Origin: Convolutriloba macropyga
Lineage: Eukaryota
Assembly: GCF_964194025.1 (NCBI RefSeq)
Contig: NC_134481.1
Location: 38,440,001-38,504,000 of the forward strand
Reading direction: 5' to 3'
DNA length: 64,000 nt
Numbering within the stretch: the stretch's first letter is position 1; each line of letters opens with the position of its first letter. A program made the position numbers and the translations under genes. The notes beneath the pieces were generated by a model. That model was not told the origin of the DNA. It did not search any database and saw only the letters and a list, made by a program, of their open reading frames with translations. Shown in pieces: positions 15,216 to 26,428 of the stretch.

Positions 15216-16005
15216 TTCGGTCTCGACCCGGATTGCGCATTACGTTTCCAGAACATTTTTTCTAATGACCAGGTGTCACTCGGTGTTTCAATGCCCAATC
15301 GCCGTCGAGTTTGCCGATGTCGGTAATTGCACTCCTTCTTTTTTGACAGTTTTTGGGGTTCGTTGAATTTTCTTTTACCGGACGTCCTCGAACGTGATGA
15401 ATGAATTTCTGGTTGTTTTTTCAAGAACACCTAAGCTTAGATAGTAATTTGTAGTAAAAGTAGTTGGTGATGAATGCGGTTAAATTTAGATAATTTTAGT
15501 CACAATTTAGGTAAAGAAAAAAAAATGTTATAATTTTTTTCACCCCTTTCACCGTTTCTGCCATCTTTAATTGCATAACTTTGTTTGTTTTCTGTATGTT
15601 CAAAAACAATGTTCATAATGAATATTTATAACGCATTATAAACGCTGATTTCAGCGGTTGCATTATGTGTAAGTCGCTGCTAAAATTAAGCCATTTTACA
15701 TATTTTCTGTGGCTTGTAGCTCTGACTCGAAGATTCATTAATAATAATACATTGTTTACTGGTGTCTTTACAGAATAAATCGAACACTTACACAGTTGAT
15801 CAATACATATAAAAAAGAGCACCAGAAAGATCGCCATTAGACCATAAAGTCCGTTTTCAGGCGTCTCATAGTCGGAAGAGAAATTTCGTGTTATTTATTT
15901 CAAAGTTATTTAGTGGAAATCAAAATTAAAGTGATAGCGAGAAAAAAAGGAAGATTACTATTAAAATGATTTCAAATTGGTCATAAATTTTGTTGAATAA
16001 AGTTT

Positions 16006-18875
16006 CTATTTTAAGCCATAAATTAACCTAGTGAGTTGTTCATTCAGTAAATAATAGTTTTCTAGCTTTTCGTGAGCAAAATTATTTAACTGTGCACCGC
16101 TCAAATTTTTCACTATTGTTACAAAATTAGAATCCAATTTGAGAAAAAGGTTTAACAGTTTCCGGATTTTATTTGACAGACTGTTTTCGGTAAGAGATGA
16201 ATTAAGGGGTACATTTTTAACTCGTTTTTCGCATGAGCACAGTTTTGACAGTTCATTTTGTGTAATCGAGTGATTTATGTCCATGATGCAACTTTCACGT
16301 CTTATGCATTTTGTCATCAATTTGAAAACTTCGTACAGATGAAGCTCCTGGGCCGAAAAACCGTTGTATTTCTCTCTGATGAGAGAAACTGAGTCAAACT
16401 TTCGAAAAAAAATTACTCTTAGTATTCTATTAATTTTTGAATCGATTTTCTGCATGGTAGCTTAACTGGCAGTCCCATAGACTAAAATCCCGTATTGAAC
16501 CACTGGTTTAACATAAATGTTGAAAATCTTGATCAATTGGCAGCGATTTAAAATTTTTCTCAATTTATAGAAAAGTCCGCAAAATTGTACCAATTTCTTT
16601 TCTACGAGTTTCGAGTGTTCTCTAAAACATAGTTTTTTGCCAATCGTTATGCCCATGTAACATAAAGAATTTAGATTTTCAAGGCGCTTTCCTTTCATTG
16701 TAAAGACAACATTTCGGTCATGCTTAGTCTTAAGGGTTATGGTTTTACTTTTATTCGTGTTCAGTGTAAGTTTGTTCATTTTAAGCCAATTTTCTGTTTG
16801 AGATATGATCTGTTGATGTCCCCGACAAGCATTTGCTTTATTTGATTTTGTGTAAACTGCAGTATCATCAGCATAGAAAATGAAGTTCGAGCATGGACTG
16901 TTTGTTTTTTAATCATTTATGTAAACAAGGAAAAGAAGTGGGCCTAATATAGACCCTTGTGGTACCCCGTATTTGACTTCTGTCATTTGCAACTTCCTTT
17001 GTCCAGACTGTACAAATAGTTTCCTATTTTTCAAATAAGATTCCAAAATATTATATACATGAACCCTTAGTCCATACATTTTACACTTTTGAAGCAGAAT
17101 TTTTCTGTCAATAGTGTCGAAAACTTTACGTAAATCTAAAAATGTGCAATAAGTGTGCTCCGTATAAGAATGTTTTGATGATCGTATCAACTCAACCAAA
17201 GTGCTAACTGCGTCAACAGTTCCTCTTCTTTCCCTAAAATCGCATTGTTTGCTGTTTAAAATTTCAAAGTCTTTAAAATAATTGGAAATGCGATGTAGAA
17301 CAATTTTTTTCTAAAATTTTACCAAGAGTTGGTAAGAAAGATGTTGGGTGGAAGTTATTGGGTTCACTTTTTTCACCTTCTTTATGTAGCGGTATTACTG
17401 ATGCTATTTTCAATGAGTCCGGAAAAATGCCTTCCTGAAAACATGCGTTAATCAATTTGGATAGGTAATGCGTGATTGTAGCTGCTACAGATTTTATAAA
17501 GATATAGTTAAGATCCATATAGTCTTCGCTGTATTTTAGTCTTCGCTGACTTAGAGTCCTGGACAACTCTAAGCACTTCTTTTTTGCTCTTTGGTAACAA
17601 AAACGTAGATTGAACTTGTTGAATTTATACTGAACACTCACTTTGTTCAAATTTTTTATTCAAATTTTCACCAATTGTTGCAAAGAAGTGATTGAAATAG
17701 TCTACTTCCTTTTGATTGAGATTTTGTACCTTTTCTCGCTCATTTCCACTTAGATTTCTTATTAATTGAAAAAAAAATGCTGTTTGATTTTGCTGCATGC
17801 TTTTCTATTATTTTATAATAAAATTGTTTCAATTTTACTTTCACCATACGTTTGACTTTTTTACGTTGTTCTTGGTACTTTTCTTTATCAGTTGTTTTTG
17901 ATTTCCTACTTTTTCTGAACATCCAATTCTTTTTTGCAGTTTCTCTTTTCAATTGGTTATCAACCCAGCTGTGATGGTTTTTGTTTTTTACAACCTGCTT
18001 GGGAAGATATCTGTCCAAAATTGATTTCAGTAAAATTTGAAGCTCTTCAAACTTGTTATCAATTGTCTTGTAATTCTCACAACTTTCCGGTTTTGATATT
18101 TCATGACTCAGTACAAAAATTATTTTTTCAATAAGGGAGATATCCTTAGGCTTTTGCCAGTTTCTTGAAGTGATGTATTCAAGTTTGTTTTCCATCTGTG
18201 TTCCTGCCGGAAAACCAAGAAATACAGAATAATGATCAGATATACATGTTATTTTTAACTTTTAACTCTGCTGTAAAATTGCAAAAAAAGATGTCTAAGT
18301 TTGATTTTGAGCATTCGGTTTCTCGCGTGATTTATTTTCCATCAATTATTTTCATAAAACCTCCATTCATAATTTCCTTCAACGCCTCTTGATTCTGATT
18401 GTTCTTCAAAAAATTGATATTAAAGTAACCACAGACGATATTATAAGATTGCGGTTCTATTATTAAACTGTCAATATAACTTTCAATTTTTGTAAGGGTT
18501 TCCGTGTTAACTGAATTTGGAGGCATATACATGCAATATACATAGATGACGGTTTTGACAGTTCCGATAACTTTCACATTGAGTGCCTGAAGTCCATTTA
18601 AATTACACGATTTAACAACTTTTGCTTGTAGAGGTTTTTTAATAAAAATAGCAACACCACCTCCTCTTTTTTCTGTTGATATTACCGAGAGGTCTATAAC
18701 CCTCTAGGAACACTGATTTTGTGTGAATTCCTTGAGCCAAGTTTCCATCAGACAGATTGCCGACGGTTTCTCGCTTAGGCTTTCTAGTAATACTTGTAGA
18801 TCATCAAAGTTCTTGGTAAGTGAACGAATGTTTTGAAGCATGATTTGGAAACAGTTCGACGTGTTTATCGATAAG
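16006..18875 (-). pseudogene. LINE ORF2 (APE endonuclease + reverse transcriptase) with multiple frameshifts and stops
   Basis: ORF fragments 18332-18577, 17740-18195, 17273-17650, 16909-17199, 16462-16779 and 16006-16455 are collinear with a CR1/L2 ORF2. Confidence 0.92.
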
Positions 18876-19405
18876 AGTTGAAGTTTAAGTTTAATTGATT
18901 AACTAACTAGCTACGCAGGCCGCCAGACACAGCCTAATGTAAAAAGTATACAAATGATTTAAAAATTAAAATGAAAAAAAAACAAGAAACTCAAAACAAA
19001 AGCAAAAAAGGCAAAAGAAAAGCAAAAAAACTTTCAGCAGAATAGTACTATCAAATGGAATCAATTCCCGCGTAAATCACACGAAAGGAGGAGCAATGAT
19101 TACGAATTTACTCTTGTTTAACCCCTGTCTTCTCAAAAGACAGTCCGAAAAGAGTACTTGCGGAAATCACAAGCAGAGTGAAGGACAGATAACTTTGCTA
19201 ACCAAAGGTTTTACCAGCTGGTGGTTTTCTGTAGTGTCAGGTGCAATAATAATGCTAATTTTTAGAATCCTAAAAAAAAGATAAAATTGCTCTTCCGGTT
19301 GAACATGATGGGAATTTTTGAGTCATGGAAACAGAAAGCACATTTTAACACAAATCAAGAACAATTATTTTGATTCAGATTTTGTTTTCTAGTTCTCATC
19401 TTATT

Positions 19406-20122
19406 TTACCATTTCTGTCGTTTGGCAGCGGGAGATCTGACGTCTACATCATCGTCTTGAACATTACGCTTTTTAATAGTTGTAAACTTGTCTAATTCTT
19501 CTATTTCGCTCACCAGAACGAATTGAGGTTTTTGTTAGTTGTTTGCAACGAGCACGGAAACAACGCAATTGTGTGTTGTTGTAAATAATTTGCGTTTCGT
19601 AGTCTCTGCCTTGATTTGAGCCTCACGTTCAGGGAGTGGCTCGTTTATGTCGATGTTGTTTCCATTGATTGCGTTTTTCTTGTTTCGTAAGGCTCGTCTT
19701 TTCTTAAAAATTTATTTTTGGTCAGCAAAGTAGATGAACTTGCCAATAACAGTAGGCATATTGTTGTACTTCAGTTGACCCGGTACAATATGGCAAGCTT
19801 TGATGCTGGGTCTCTCCATGTACACTTCAAGAAATTTATCAAAAAATTTCAATGTTTCGAGGGTAACGTCCTGTACACTTCGACTATCAAATGGGGGGTT
19901 AACGATTAAAACGCTATCTTGCCTTGAGTACCGTTCCTGTGCTCTGAGCCTATCGTTCAAGTTTTTCTGGTTTTTTGTTAGCATTTCATTTTTTTGGTCT
20001 TTTTCGACAATAGTTTTACGAAGTTTAGAGACTTCCGTTTGTAACTCTTGTATTTGTGATGTTTGTGTGTTGTTTTTACTCACGATACCATTGGCCACAT
20101 CCTCTGTGTTGGTTGATTCCAT
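19406..20122 (-). pseudogene. LINE ORF1 (coiled coil + RRM-like nucleic-acid-binding protein), frameshifted near 19712
   Basis: Heptad-rich N-terminus followed by QERYSRQDSVLI (typical E-YSR motif). It continues in another frame (KIFKKRRALRNKKNAING...SPAAKRQKW*, with one internal stop) to a stop at 19406-19408. Confidence 0.8.
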
Positions 20123-20707
20123 AGTCCAGTCAATAATAATAGAGAAAAATAGAAAATCAATTCAGTTGTTTTGATCAATAAAAGACAAGAAAAGATTCTG
20201 TTTCGATAAGCTAGCTAATGCGTGAAACGGCCTGCGTAGTTTCTTTTTATAGACGTAGAAACATCAAGGTCAAAGAGAAGAAAGAAATAGAGCAACCGCT
20301 CTATATGAAAACTGAATTTATTTTGAGGGTATCAAAGAATAATTCGTTCATGTAACCTAGAAACGGGGGAATTTAAAACTCGTGCAAAATTTTGAATTCT
20401 TTTAGATGACGATGCTGTAACTTTTTCTGCGATTAAAATTAAAAGACAAAAATTGTCTTTGTTTGAAAAACGCCTGAAACTGATTTGTTTTGCATCAAAG
20501 TTTTCGGAATTTTTTTGCGGGTATTATACCAAAATTAAGGTTGACATAATATTTCCCCTTGGGTAAGATTCCTACAAGTTTTGAATTCTTCAATAACTAG
20601 GGTATGCTTTCGACATAGAGCTTAAAAACCCACTCATTATAAAATGTTATTGAGCAAGTTGCATTATTAAATTATTGAATTTGACGTTGTAAATTAATGA
20701 ATGTAAT

Positions 20708-21239
20708 TTACTGATCATTGTCAACAGCATTTTTAAAAGTAAAATTATTCAAAATGAAATCAATCCAGTCTTTAAAAGGCAAAAGTTTTGAAAAGTAGCT
20801 TCCATTATTGCAAAACTCCTCTGGAGTATTAGCCTTAGGAGCGGAAAAACTGGTCACGCCAACCAGACATTGGGGGCGTAAAGTCCCACATTCGAACCTG
20901 AACAAAGCCCCTCCATCGTCCAACAAACAAACATTGCTTCCAGTGAAAACGGGTAAAGTACAAACAATATCAACAGGACAAGCTTGCAAATTTTCCGGAT
21001 CAGCCGGCTGGAATAGAGTCTGTTTTAGGAAAATTTCCTTCAAAGTATTTGGGTACTGTTGGTGTCTGCGGGTTGTGGTAGTGGTACCCATTCCAACAGC
21101 GCCCAACAGGGTTCTGTCTAGATTGAATGAGGATTCTTCTAAGCTACAAATTGGAAGTGACTTGGAATAGGCGTTCAGAATTGGCCACCTGGTTCTGATA
21201 AGTGCAATGTTGTTCATCATCCGAGGTCTCAGCCGGAAC
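20708..21239 (-). CDS. Terminal exon of a trypsin-like (S1) serine protease homolog, predicted catalytically inactive
   Basis: NNIALIR (DIAL equivalent), LPIC, GMG, LKE, VCLLDDGGAL (GDSGG equivalent), CLVGVTSF, DWI. Acceptor TTCAG ends at 21240. Upstream exon(s) not identified. Confidence 0.8.
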
Positions 21240-23284
21240 CTGAATTATAACTATACTTACGCATTTATAAATTCTATATCTTGTGTTAGAATAAAGTCTA
21301 TATCTGGTGTTCATAAATCTCAAGTCTTCGATGTCTCGTACCTAGAATGACCTCTGATCTGACATTATCCAGACTTCCGCGCGTTCTTATCGCTGACCAG
21401 ACCTCGTAGTTATGGTTTGCTAACCTTGTTCCTTTAAATTGCGCCTGATCAGAGGTAATTTCAGCTTGCGTGATTCCTCAAGCTGAGTAGCTTTCACTCA
21501 AATACATGGGCTTATTGAACAAATTCAACTTTGACTGAATAAATATTTCCTTCTACGCTTGCATTACTCAGCCCCCCCCCCCCCCACCCCCACCCCCAAC
21601 CCCACCGAAATTAAAGTCCATTGTATTTCATTTTCAGCTATTTTTTAAGATGAGTTTTGGTCAAATATCGCATAACTTGTTACCAGATGGCAAAAAAAAA
21701 CTATGAGGGCAAGATAAAGAAAAGGAACTTAACAACATTTTAGTATATATGCTTTCTATTGCAATTGTAATTTGCAGTATAACGCAAAAGATGTAACCTT
21801 GGATGTATGAAGACATCACTGACACTGTAGAGTCCAATTGAGTCATTTCTAGCCGAGAAGTCTCCAATTTCAACCCGAAGGTCTTGATCTGAAAAATAGA
21901 TTGAAGAGAAATCAAATGAAAATCCAATCTACCGCAATCAATAATTAACTAATGAGCAGTTTTCGCAACAGGATGTTTCCTATTGCAATTGAAAAGTTTA
22001 GAAATAACAGAAAAAAATGAGAGTTCGGATTTTTTTATGGTTCATATGAGAATGGTTCATATGGTCTGTATCATGGTTGATTATTGTCTAAGTGGACTGC
22101 AAAAAGAGCAAAAACCCTAAAAAAGACGGAAAAAGAGTACACAACAAGTTAAAAGGTTTAATAAGTACAAAAGGAGCAACAAAAACAAACTAAAGTCATG
22201 ATCATGGCTGAATTCGGTGTTGATGGGTCTTACAACTAACACACACCTCAACCTGGGAACTGGTTTCAGTCTCTATTATGTCAGTTATGAACATATAGAA
22301 GAGCATTATGACTATTTGGTGGAGTATCAAATCATTCTCTCCTAATGATGATTTCATTTTTATTGTTCCGACCTCTCTTGAGGGGGGAGGAACTATATAC
22401 TCAAATGGGTTTTTTTGTTCAGACAATTTTCGCCGTTCGATATATTAATCGTAGAGAGTTGAGACTGGTATTATTAGAAAGCTTGTCCAGCGTAGAATAC
22501 GGAGTTAAAAAGATCTTTTCTAATTTCGTTTTTTTACAGGGAGTTATCGAGGTCTAAACTTCTGAGATCAGTAGAGTGAACTCCGTTGTTTTTAATCACA
22601 ATCTCCGGAATTTCTGCCTCAACTTTCGTCAATTTTGCAAAAATTTGTTGACATTTTTAAGAATAGTATTGTTGATTTTGTTTTCAAAGACAAAAAACGT
22701 ATTGCTGATTATTTTGATTTAATTTTTTGTCCAAAATTTGGACTAATTATTTCAAAATTCAGGCTTTTTCATCAAAAACAGCACGTAATAAGCTTTTTTA
22801 GTCCACTTTGATTGACTTTGCCGGAAGTAAAACCGAAAACCACACTAATACAATCTTTGTAGACTCAAAGGGGGGCCATTCCTTCTTCAAATTCTGTTGA
22901 GAGTGCTCAGTAATTAGAACTCTGCCGTTTTTTGCTAACTTTGCACGTTGATTATCAAAAGCGCAGAATTTAATTTTGAATTTTTAACTAACAACTTATC
23001 TATCTATAACAATCATAGAATTAAGTGTTCCTAATGGACGATAAGCATTAGCAGGGCTAGTTTTGAACCAATCTTGGAAAGTTACAAAACAAAAAGAAAT
23101 GGGATTGTAATCAGTCCATCTTTTTTTACCGATTTTTATCAAACTTATTAAAGAACAGAACAAATAATATCAAAACTCAGGAGTGATAGGTTCATGGGGC
23201 TTCCTCAACAGCTCCATGCTAATGTTTTTTGTTTCTTACTTGAAAGCTTATGGTTGTTTTGACTTTTAAAGATAATTGATTTAA

Positions 23285-25330
23285 ATAGATAATGGCTTAA
23301 TTAAATTTTTCTCTATTTTTTTTCTTAATTTGGTCAACTTGTAGCTTAGTGTCAGCAAAGAAAGAATGCTTCGCCTTTCTACTGATTTAAAATTTAACCC
23401 TTATTGCGGTTTTAAGCCTTAATTTATTGTTTTCTGGCTTTGATACTACTAGATTTCATATTTTTGTATTTTTGGATATTTTGCAGACTTTCACGTTTTC
23501 TAGTTTTGTCACTTTATTACCATATTGGCTTCTGAAATAAAGCACAATAAAGCACGCGTTTTTACGGCTTCGACAGTTCTTTCTTGAAGAGTTTAATTGA
23601 ATTTTTTCATATTATCTTTAACTATTGTTTCTTCTTTGTCTTTTTAGACGTATGAAATTTCCTGTATAATGACAGGTCTCACTGGCTTTTCAAGGAACAA
23701 TAGATGAACTGAAATTCTGATATTAGTAGATATCTCATGGTTTTCATGACTTTGAATACAATTTTTTCCCAAAATAAAAAAAAAACTTTAAGATTCGCAA
23801 TATTGTTCTTTCTACTTTATTTTTGTTACCTAATATCGTTAATTACAGGTCAAATATGACATTATTGGTGTCAAAGGAAGATGTCAAAAGGGATTGGTGC
23901 CACGAACTCTTATGTGTTAAAAAAAATTTGTTTTGACTACTGGCTTCGACACGGGTTTTTCACAATAAAGGAAACAAAGTCTCGTTTTTTGTCCTATTCG
24001 AAGTTTTTTTTGTAGACGTAAGACATATTCTGGATGATTGCAGGTCTCATGGGTTTCCTTTGGAAGAATAAGCGAACCTATTAAATTATTTCATTTTGTA
24101 ATTTATGGCTTTCATATTTTTGGAAATAATGCTTTTTCGAAAAAAAGAACAAGTATTACATAATTTTGCCCCTTCTTTTTTCTGTCTACTTGTTTTCTAG
24201 TTTCATTAATGAAAGGTCACAAAATGAAATATTTGATTTTTAATTAAAAAATGGCTTATTGAACTTTGCCTCCATTTTTCTCTTACTTTGGTCAACTTGC
24301 AGCTTAGTATCAGCAATGAAAGAATGCGTCCTCTTTTTACTGAATTGAGATTCAAATTTTATTACGGTAAAACGGTTTTAAGCTTAATTTATGGTTCGCT
24401 GGCTTTGATACAACTAGATTTCACATTAGAAATTAGATATTTTTTTTAGATTTTTGCCCATTTTTCATGTTTTCTAGTTTTGTCACATTATCACGTTATA
24501 GACAGTTCATATAATCACATTATTGGCGCTCAAAATAAGGCTAAAATGATCATATTAAAATGCTTAAAAATATAGATTATGGTTTTAACGGCTTCGACAC
24601 CACTTTCTTGAAGAAATTTATTGAATTTCATAATTTTGTCTTTTACTTTCGTTTTCACTTTGTCTTTTGAGTTGTATGAATTTTCCTGTACAAAAACCCG
24701 ATTTAATTGTCTTTTCATGGCAAAATAAATGAGCCGATATTCTGATATTAGTAGACAGCTGACGACTTTGGTGACTTTGAAAACAATTGTTTTCCAAAAA
24801 AAAAACTAACTTCGCACTTTTGTTCATTTATTGTTTGTTTGTTACCTAATCTTTTTAATTACAGGCCAAATTTGAGATTATTGTTATCAAGGGAAGGTGC
24901 CAAAAGGCATTGGTGCCACGGAATCTTATGTGTTTGAAGAATTCGTTATGACTACTGGCTTCTACACGGGTTTTTCAAAAAAGGAAACAAATTTTCGTTT
25001 TTGTCCTATTTGACGTTCCTTAAGTAGTCGTAAGACATATTCTGGATAGTTGCAAATCTCATGGGTTTCTTTTGGATGAATAAACGAACCTATTTAATTA
25101 TTTCAATTTGTTATCAATGGCTTTCACGTCTTTGGAAATAATGTTTTTTCGAAAAAAAAATAAGTATTACCTAATTTTGCCTCTTCTTTCTCTTCTTTGG
25201 CTACTTGTTACCTAGTTTAATTAATAATAGGTAACATAATACCTTATCGGTGTTCAACAAAGTAGCATTCGAACATATTTTGAGGGCCAAAATATAGCTT
25301 TACGGCTTCGAAAGCGTTTTCTGGCAAGTT
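23285..25330. repeat. Diverged ~1-kb tandem duplication built from ~350-375-bp subunits
   Basis: 23290 aligns with 24250 (TTGGTCAACTTG.AGCTTAGT.TCAGCAA.GAAAGAATGC) and 23860 with 24878 (ATTGGTGCCACG). A GGCTTC(G/T)A motif recurs at about 23566, 23942, 24590, 24957 and 25304. Confidence 0.8.
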
Positions 25331-26228
25331 TTAATTGAATTTTTTTTTGTAGTCTTTTTGTTGTTCTTTTTAGCCGCATTAAAAATAAAATAAGGACAGG
25401 TCTTATTGCCCTTCTATAAAGACATTGGTAATCGCAAACCTTCGGGATATTTTACTTGATTTCTAATGGTTTTCTTTACTTTGAATTTAATTGTTTAAAA
25501 AAAAACATTTTTTTTTTAATTTTACAGTTTTTGTTCTTTTTCTCTAATTGTTACAAAACGCTTTTATGGACCGCTCCCACATCATTTCTGGTGATTTATA
25601 AGTTGTTTTGTTTAGTTTCAATTTTATCTGACGGTACGTTGACTTTGTTTTTAAGTTTTGTTTTTTAAAACGGACACAAATTTTTGACGTAATTAAATTT
25701 GTTGTTGTTTGATTCTGCTGTTCGTCTTCACTCGCTTTCCTAATATTGGCATATCTCATCAATCTACTGCATCATTTTTTACTCCACTGAATTATTTGCT
25801 TTGGAAGCTATTTCTTCGTTAATACACTACTTTTTTGAAAAATAATTGTTTTTTTTTTGTTTTTTTTTGTTTTTTTTGGTTTCTTTTTGGATTCCAAAAA
25901 TTATTTTTAGGTTTTTCTATCGAATCTTCATTTGGTAGACAATTATGCTTATGTGGATGAGCGGGGTGGGAACCTTATGTGCGATTGCACATTACCGAGC
26001 CTTCTTGTTGTGTACTATTGTCAAATAGCATCCGTAATCTGGCAAAACCCATGCAGTTTTGACTACATTTGCGGCAAATTCAAGCAAAAAATCTTTAAAT
26101 TTGATTTTGGTTTTATCCTTTTTATGCATCCTTAATATTTTACTTGGTGTTTTGACTAATTTGGGTTTTTAGATTGTATTTCTTGAGCCAAAAAATTATG
26201 GCAAAAAAATGATACAATTTTTCAGCCA

Positions 26229-26428
26229 NNNNNNNNNNNNNNNNNNNNNNNNNNNNNNNNNNNNNNNNNNNNNNNNNNNNNNNNNNNNNNNNNNNNNNNN
26301 NNNNNNNNNNNNNNNNNNNNNNNNNNNNNNNNNNNNNNNNNNNNNNNNNNNNNNNNNNNNNNNNNNNNNNNNNNNNNNNNNNNNNNNNNNNNNNNNNNNN
26401 NNNNNNNNNNNNNNNNNNNNNNNNNNNN
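26229..26428. other. Assembly gap (200 N)
   Basis: Run of exactly 200 Ns, probably a placeholder size. Confidence 0.99.

Larger units (their letters stand above)
15738..20240 (-). mobile_element. Non-LTR retrotransposon (CR1/L2-like LINE), near full length, disrupted
   Basis: ORF1 (coiled coil + RRM-like), APE endonuclease (MLQNIRSL, ICLMETWL), RT motifs ([38 protein letters not shown]), 3' UTR stem-loop and short (TAT)n tail near 15740. Boundaries approximate. Confidence 0.92.

Noticed and set aside
503-15430. Dozens of overlapping Cys/His-rich ORFs (QVNHSTCKFL repeats) that resemble a repeat or zinc-binding protein
   Set aside because: They are a by-product of a 30-bp monomer that is stop-free in several frames. 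Frequent indels and stops and ORFs on both strands show no frame conservation.
21240-21260. 21-nt micro-intron (GTAAGT...TTCAG) in the protease gene
   Set aside because: The upstream frame hits a stop within ~16 codons, has no protease motif and is a short local tandem repeat.
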